A stretch of DNA of 62,077 nt, the filler included, from Basidioascus undulatus (taxonomy: Eukaryota): NCBI GenBank assembly GCA_000826855.1. It is 15 parts of 15 records of this genome, joined end to end, with 100 filler letters (N's around TTAATTAATTAA, not from the genome) between each part and the next. Parts side by side here need not be neighbours in the genome. Positions count along the whole stretch, not along the records: positions 53,920 to 56,576 come from JTLS01002682.1; positions 56,677 to 59,331 come from JTLS01002683.1; positions 59,432 to 62,077 come from JTLS01002684.1; 12 more parts are not named here. The stretch is one strand, 5' to 3'. This document shows, piece after piece, positions 55,756 through 62,077 of the stretch. How positions within the stretch are numbered: position 1 is the first letter of the stretch; every line of letters starts with the position of its first letter. The notes under the pieces were generated by a model. That model had not been told where the DNA came from, ran no database searches, and saw nothing but the letters and a program-made list of their open reading frames with translations. The position numbers and the translations under genes were made by a program.

Positions 55756-56576
55756 GCTATCCACATCCCCCTCTCTCCCCTCCCTTCCTCCCGACATTTC
55801 ACTTTCTTCACCGTGCATACCCCCTCGACTCCACTCGGCCCCTCGGACTGCCAGCGTTCCCTCTAGTGCACCTCCCCTCCCCTCTCACCGCCGCCGCAAC
55901 CCCTCGGTTTCCTAGCGTCTCTCCTCTCGGCCCCTCCGCTCGCGCTCCACCCCGGCTCCAAGTCCCACCCCACCCTTGTACAGCGCCTCCTTTTTTTTCT
56001 TTTTCCTTGATCCGGCTTTCGTGAAGCTGCTGGTTTTCCTTTTTTTTTCTTTTTCCTTGATGTGCCTTTTCTTTCTGTTTTTCAGATGACAGCTCTTACG
56101 ATAACTGCATGAGACGAATGCGTGATCGGGTGCGGGTGCGGCTGTGAATGGGGAGCGTTTGAGGAAAGGGGGTGAAATCGGGAGGGGCGGGGTGATGGAA
56201 GCGTTTGCCAGAGTTGGGGGTTGCTCGGAGTTGGGATGGGAAGTGAAGAGAAGTACTGGGTCCGAGTGCAGTGTCGGGTGTCAACGCCAGGCGTTTCCTG
56301 TGAATGTGAATGCGAAAGGTCAACTAACGCGCGAGGATGCAGGAGACACTGGGCTGGTCTCGCGACGAACTTGATGTGATGAGGGGTTTCGGACAAGCGT
56401 TTATTCATGTGGCCATCTTTTCCGATGCTTATCGGGCAATGCAAGCTTGATACAGTTTTTGCAGGGACCCAGTGTGTAAGCGCGTTAAAATTCTAACCGC
56501 ATCCGTGCTTCGCGTACATGAGCTGTATCGTTAATGGCGTCAACACGTGTACTCGCTGTGTTTCGGAAGGCTTACC

Positions 56577-56676
56577 NNNNNNNNNNNNNNNNNNNNNNNN
56601 NNNNNNNNNNNNNNNNNNNNTTAATTAATTAANNNNNNNNNNNNNNNNNNNNNNNNNNNNNNNNNNNNNNNNNNNN
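56577..56676. other. Artificial contig linker
   Basis: 44 N + TTAATTAATTAA + 44 N. Confidence 0.99.
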
Positions 56677-57163
56677 CGCGGCTCGGACTCCACGGCGGGG
56701 AGGTCGGGGGCGAGGGCGTGGGCGCGGGCGAGGTTTCCCGCATTCCCAACCGCGAACTCGACACGCTCGGCCCCGCCTCCGCCTCAGGCGACGTAGCGCG
56801 CGCGACCTTGCTGCTGCTCCCCCCGCTGGACGAGCCAGCCGCCTCGCTCAAGCGCCGCTTCTTATCGCTCCTCCCCAAGAGCGGGATCGCCCCAAGCACA
56901 GAGCGGCGCGTGGGGATGCGCAAGGAGGAGGAGGAGGAGGCGGAGGACTCGCCCGCGCGGGAGGAGGCGCGCTTGCGGGAGGACTTTGAGCCCTGTGGAG
57001 AGGGGTCGACGTCCATTGGCTCGGGGCCGGCGGGGGCGGCGGAGGTGGATGGTTGAAGGGGAGGGGAACGAGGAGGCTGGGGTGGACCGGGCTGGGGCTG
57101 GGCGGGTAAGGGTGTGGCGAACGATGTACGGCGCGAGCGCCGTGTAGAGGACGACTGGCCCAT
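56677..57163 (-). CDS. N-terminus of a hypothetical protein with an N-myristoylation motif
   Basis: MGQSSS start (MGxxxS), Ser/Pro-rich and open to the linker; divergent from RRS1. Confidence 0.6.
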
Positions 57164-58214
57164 CGTCGGCTTCGGGTCGTTGGCGGTCGGGGGAAGAGCC
57201 AGCGGAGCGGTTCGTGCTGGGGGTCGCTGAGTGTGGAGTGCGGAGAACTGCGGGTGGTAGAAGCAAGAGGAGAGCGGTTAGTCAGTAGGGAAGGCCAAGG
57301 CACGGGCGATTGATTGCACGTGAGTGAGGCTCAGCGGCGCTCAGGCTCAAGCTCGTGCAGCTACGACAACCGTGAGGGGCCGGGGGTGCGCCGGGAAGGC
57401 TCGTAGGATGCCTAGCTCCATGGCAATCTCCTCGAGGAGACCGCAAGTCGATGCCGTTCGGCGTGGAAACCCGCTCATAGACCCACACCGCCCACAGCCC
57501 CGCCGCTCGACCTGATCCCAGCCTCGGGGCTGCACGCCAGCATCGGCAAGAGGAATACAACTCACAGTATTCTATCAGTCAGTCAAGATCGGCGTCGTTG
57601 AGCTGCGAGTAAGGGCAAGAAGATGAGCATTCAAGGAACGCACTGAGGACAACGCCCAGTCCTCCACCGGCACCGGCCGCACTGCTCGACGCCTGCCCCG
57701 CGGGACACGGCGGTGGAGCTGGGGTGGCAGAATAACGGCTCACATAATGGGAATTCGGAACAGTACTTTGGAGACCATGTACTTGGGTCGGAGGAGGTGC
57801 GGTAGATTGTGGTCGACGGTGATGGTCAAAGGGGCTGCCCAAGGCTGCAGGCACGCGCCGAGCCCAGTCAAGCAAGTCACAGTCAGCGTCCTCCGCTCGC
57901 TATCGATTCCCTTCGCTTCCCCAGCCACTCACCGCTTGTACTCTAAGTGCAATCCAACACCGATATGCGCGGAGCTGTTGAGGTGAAGGTGAGCTAAGTA
58001 AGAGCGGTGATGGCGACGTGGAGACTGGGCAGCAGCAGCCTCATCTCGAGGTGGAGAGCTCGGAAGCTCGTTCGATCCGCGGATAAGCCGCGGAAGAAAG
58101 CGTGGGAATCGCACGTAAGCAAAAGTTCAAGTTCTGCCTCTTGCCGCCGCCTTGTGCTTGCCGCTCGTCTTCTCCCTCGATTCCGTAACGATAAATCTCT
58201 CGACTGCTGCTAGG

Positions 58215-59292
58215 ATGGCCACTCCCGGACCGAGCACCGTCGTCGACGCCAGTGCGATCCTCGCCGGCGCAGCGTCCAAATTGTGCGTCCCGCTCCCGCA
58301 CCCGGTGGCTTCTATCGTGCTCACGCTTGCTTCCTTCTCGCCGCGCAACAGCCCCTCGATCGCCATCGAGCGCGAGGAGGCGATCCAGGTGGACCTGCAC
58401 TACCTCGCAGCGTACGACCCGAACCCGATCGACGTGGCCCAGCTCTCGTTCGTCCTTCCCCAACCCTGCTCCTGTCCTCCCACTAACCACCTCCCCCGCA
58501 GCACCTCCCCCTCTCCCTACCTCCTCTCCCTCGCGCGGGACTCCACCCAATCGCTCATCGCCGCCCTCTTCGCGCAGCCCATCACACGCACACACGATGG
58601 GCCCGTCGCCACGCTCCCTTCCGACCCGAACCCGGAGCTGCTCGCCCTCCCGCGCGAGAAGCCGCTGCCCAAGAAGCGGGAGGCGACCAAGTGGGAGAAG
58701 TTTGCGAACGCAAAGGGCATCCAGCATCGCAAGCGCGATCGGTATGAGTTCGATGAGGAGCGCCAGGAGTGGGTGCCGCGCTGGGGGAGGGGCGGGAGCA
58801 ATAAGAAGGAGGAGGAACAGTGGATTCATGAGGTCAAGGCGGGTGCGGGTGAGTTGTCCTTCCTTCTTCCCTTCCCTCCTCTCCCTCCGCCATGCTCCCT
58901 TTCCCCCCTCCGCTCTCCCCTTCCCGTCTCACCCCATCTCCTCCCCACGCAGACGCCGACTTCGACCCCGTCCTCTCCGCGCGCGAAGCGCGCAAGTCGC
59001 GCACGCTCAAGAACACCAAAGCCGCGCTGAAGAATGCGGGCGTGACGAAGGCTGCGCAAGCCGCCGAGCAGAAAGCCGCGGCCGAGCGGCGCTCGCAGCA
59101 GACTGCAACGAAGGCGGAGCTTGAGAAGGGGCTGGTCCGCTCGCGGGGGGCGACGGCAAGTATGGGCAAGTACGTCTGAGCGTGGGTGCGAAGCTGGATA
59201 GGGATGGAGCGCGGTTCTAACGGGGTCTGGTGCGTTGTAGGTTCGACAAGAAGCTCGAAGGCGAGCCCAAAGTCCGCGGTCAAAAGCGGAAG
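58215..59292 (+). CDS. RRS1: Ribosome biogenesis regulatory protein Rrs1 (all but the last exon)
   Basis: DLHYLAAYDPNP, ARDSTQSLIAALF, LPREKPLPK...TKWEKFANAKGI, FDEERQEWVPRWG, ATASMGK|FDKKLEGE..VRGQKRK. Confidence 0.95.
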
Positions 59293-59331
59293 GTGCGTCC
59301 CCTTGCACTCCTCACCATCTCCCCCACCCTC

Positions 59332-59431
59332 NNNNNNNNNNNNNNNNNNNNNNNNNNNNNNNNNNNNNNNNNNNNTTAATTAATTAANNNNNNNNNNNNN
59401 NNNNNNNNNNNNNNNNNNNNNNNNNNNNNNN
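59332..59431. other. Artificial contig linker
   Basis: 44 N + TTAATTAATTAA + 44 N. Confidence 0.99.
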
Positions 59432-59605
59432 TCCCCAAACTACCCTCGCAACCGAACGCCAGTGGCGCACCACCCACCCCTCGCCCCCCGCTCCTCTCCC
59501 TCTCCTCCCCGCCACCACGCTCAGTCGTCGCTCCCACTTCGCGCGCCGCTCCTTCGAGCGTTCGGCGCGGTGCATCTCCGCCTCGATGGCGGGCTCGCTC
59601 GACAT
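59432..59605 (-). CDS. Possible 5' start of an unidentified gene
   Basis: GCCATG start, MSSEPAIEAEMHRAERSKERRAKWERRLS, open to the linker. Confidence 0.3.
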
Positions 59606-62077
59606 GGCGCGGGGAGCTGGAAAGAGGGCAGCACCGGGTTGTCCGATTGAGAGGGTGCGCGGCAGACCCGGAACGTGCGGGAAGAGTGCACGAGAGGTGA
59701 GCGAGAGGAAGAGAAGAAGGGAGTTTGGATGAGGCATTGGCTTGGTGTGAGGCTCTGGATATGTGCAGATGTGGAATTATTCTGATGAAGAGCGGAGTAT
59801 TTTTGTCAATTCCTTCAGTGCTTGGTAGTTGTTGTCCAAGCCGCCCTGTCGGGGCGCGCTGACGAGTGCCCGATGCCCGGAACAATAAAAGAAGGAAGGC
59901 TGTGGACTGTGGAAGATGTGAACCTTGCACCACGTGCAAGTGAGGCGCGCCTCGTATGCAGCGACCAATCTACGTTTTTATTTTTTTAAAAAAGGGTTGA
60001 TCCTCACCGTCACATCCGCCACAGGACGTGACTGAGTGAGCGTGACAGCGAGCCTTCGACGTCGTCGAAGCTTTGACGGCATGGAGACAGGTGCCCGACG
60101 TCAGTCGGTGGACGGTGTCCGGCTGCACCTCATCGTCAACCCATTCCTCAGTTCAAATTCGACAAATTTTACTTAAAAAATCCCTGACATTGAACGGAGG
60201 GTTAGAATGAGTAAACGGCCCCTGTTCGTAAAGCTGCTAAGCTGTGACAAGGTCTGGAGTTTTCCCCGAAGTGGCGGGCCCAATCGCCCAACAGAAGGCG
60301 CCTTGTAATCAAGACCTCCTTAATCTTGAATTTATCTGGAGTTCAGATACGGAGACCTTGAACAGCTTGATTTTTCTATCCTCATCCCCCCGGCCGGACG
60401 GTGTACTGTCGCGAAGACGCGTTTCGTGCCGCGGTGTCCTGTTTTCTGGATATACTGGGCTCTAACGCAGGAAATTCAATAGAGCACATGCTCCAGCTCA
60501 GGGAAGAGCGCCATGGCCAGCTAGACTAGGAATTTCCTACGAGTGTGGACAAGCTAGCAAGCGGTTCAGAGCACGTCAACTACGGCGGCCTACAAACATT
60601 CTGGGATAATTCAGACTAATTTTTTTTTGTTTATTTCCATGATCTTGCATAGGAACTTGGTGCGTAACCCGTGGCTCCTTTGCTGTGCTCGTCGACCACT
60701 GCACATTGAAACAGACTAAATGAATGCGTCGAAACTTGAGCACCGCCAGTCTACAAGCTCCCTCAAGCACGTACAAAGCAAGCAGGTGTGAATCAAGCAG
60801 ATATAAAACCGCACATTTGGGGTACGGCATATCGTGGGGAGTTGAAGCCGGAAGATGCCTATGAGAGGGTAAAGAGGCGGTAAAGAGCCTCGTAGGGGCC
60901 GCTTGTTGAACAAGAAGTTGTGTTCGCTCGATTGAAAAAGAAACTTCTATTCACACAGACCCTAATGGAATGTTGCGAATCACCTAATCAATGAGTTTCA
61001 CAGGCTTTACGAAAGTGCAGTATGAGTGTGGAACATTGGCAGAAAAAATACAGCTCGTCTACCGCACATCTAGACCTTACTACGCTGAGCTGCGCGTCTG
61101 CCATCATGACCCCACTGACCTAGTCAAGAGACATGTCTTGAGCTCTTCAATCCAAAGACTCAGTAAAGACGTCGCTGCCGAGTAAGCCACAGGATACCTT
61201 CGAGCGAACGGATTCAAGTTATGCAGCGTGCAGCAGAGAGACGGCGCCTCTGGCCAAGACCACCTTTTTTTATCATTATCGCAGATACTAGTACTGGTAG
61301 TTTTGGCTGTTAACGCCCTCCCATATGCCACGAAACCCCCTCTCTTCGGCCCTAGAACGAGCGAAACAAAACGCCGGAAGTCTCGTATGTCGAACGTTCC
61401 GTGGGAAACGCTGACCTCTTCCGACCGGTCCGGTCTTCTCGCTTCCCCTTACACCGCCCTAATTTCCACCATACCACCATCACCTCTTCATCTTTTCACC
61501 AGTCCATGCGCAGCAGCTGCTGCATCAGCGCGCAGGCGCTCTCGGAGGCGTTTTTCCGCTCGCTGCGCGTCGCGGGATCGTGCCCTGCCCATCGGGCACG
61601 GACACTGGGGGCGGGGGAATGGAGGAGGATGCACGGTGAAGCGGGGATGGGAAGCTCAACAGAACAGGTGAGGCATTCTTTGGTCTACAAGAAATGAGGC
61701 CAAGAGACAATCTAAATCTGATGTTCCTTATTCGCAGACTCCCCCTCACCCCGAGCCATCCACCCCCCGACCCGACCCGCCGCACTTCCGCCCTCGACCG
61801 CGACCGTCCCCACCCCAATTCCCCTCTCCAGCGCACAATCCACGTCCCCCGCGCTCGGCAGCTTCCCGCCCTTGGACGCGCTTCCGCCGGCGAGCGCGGC
61901 CTGAGACGGGGGAGGACGACCGGGCGTGGGCGGCGGTGCTCAAGCAGCTGAACAGTGCGTTGAGGTCTATTTTCCCTCGCTGAGAAATATTGAAGTTTAA
62001 GTGTGACTCTGCACTACTCTTTCCCAGCTGCCTCCCCGCGCAACTTGCACCGCCCACCCTCATTCTCGGACTTGCCG

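Noticed and set aside
59940..62077. Lower-GC stretch with scattered short ORFs
   Set aside because: No recognisable domain, RNA gene or terminal repeats seen. Treated as intergenic or highly decayed sequence.

Overview
This is eukaryotic, GC-rich, intron-dense fungal DNA. GTGCGT/GTCCGT donors, CTGAC branch sites and the gene content point to a basidiomycete, possibly Pucciniomycotina (inference). The window is not one locus: 15 contigs are joined by 14 artificial 100-nt linkers (44 N + TTAATTAATTAA + 44 N). Most contigs are about 2.65 kb and one is 23.4 kb (24922-48299). Recognisable genes, mostly partial, are an ABCB10/MDL1 transporter, an OSR1/SPAK-like Ste20 kinase, a Pho80/Pcl cyclin, an EHT1/ABHD-type hydrolase, RPT2, MAD2, YTA7, RRS1 (split across two contigs), THOC5, a stand-alone chromodomain gene, MCD4, RRP6, a YPT35-like PX gene, DUF1764, PIF1, DUF3431, CIA2, ORC3 and Rab11/YPT3. 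Accessory genes (F-box-like, GNAT, aminotransferase, SUMO-like, secreted protein) are frequently pseudogenised. The most notable observations are: (1) an obligatory AT-AC intron with U2-like signals in Rab11, which also has an intron-split start codon and a 5-nt microexon; (2) a three-copy, 5-exon orphan family with a conserved mitochondrial-presequence-like N-terminus flanking PIF1 (one intact copy, two decayed); (3) a chromodomain-only gene in CpG-depleted DNA; (4) three junctions at purine/pyrimidine tracts that join unrelated gene halves and are probably chimeric assembly. All gene models were read by eye and no database searches were run.
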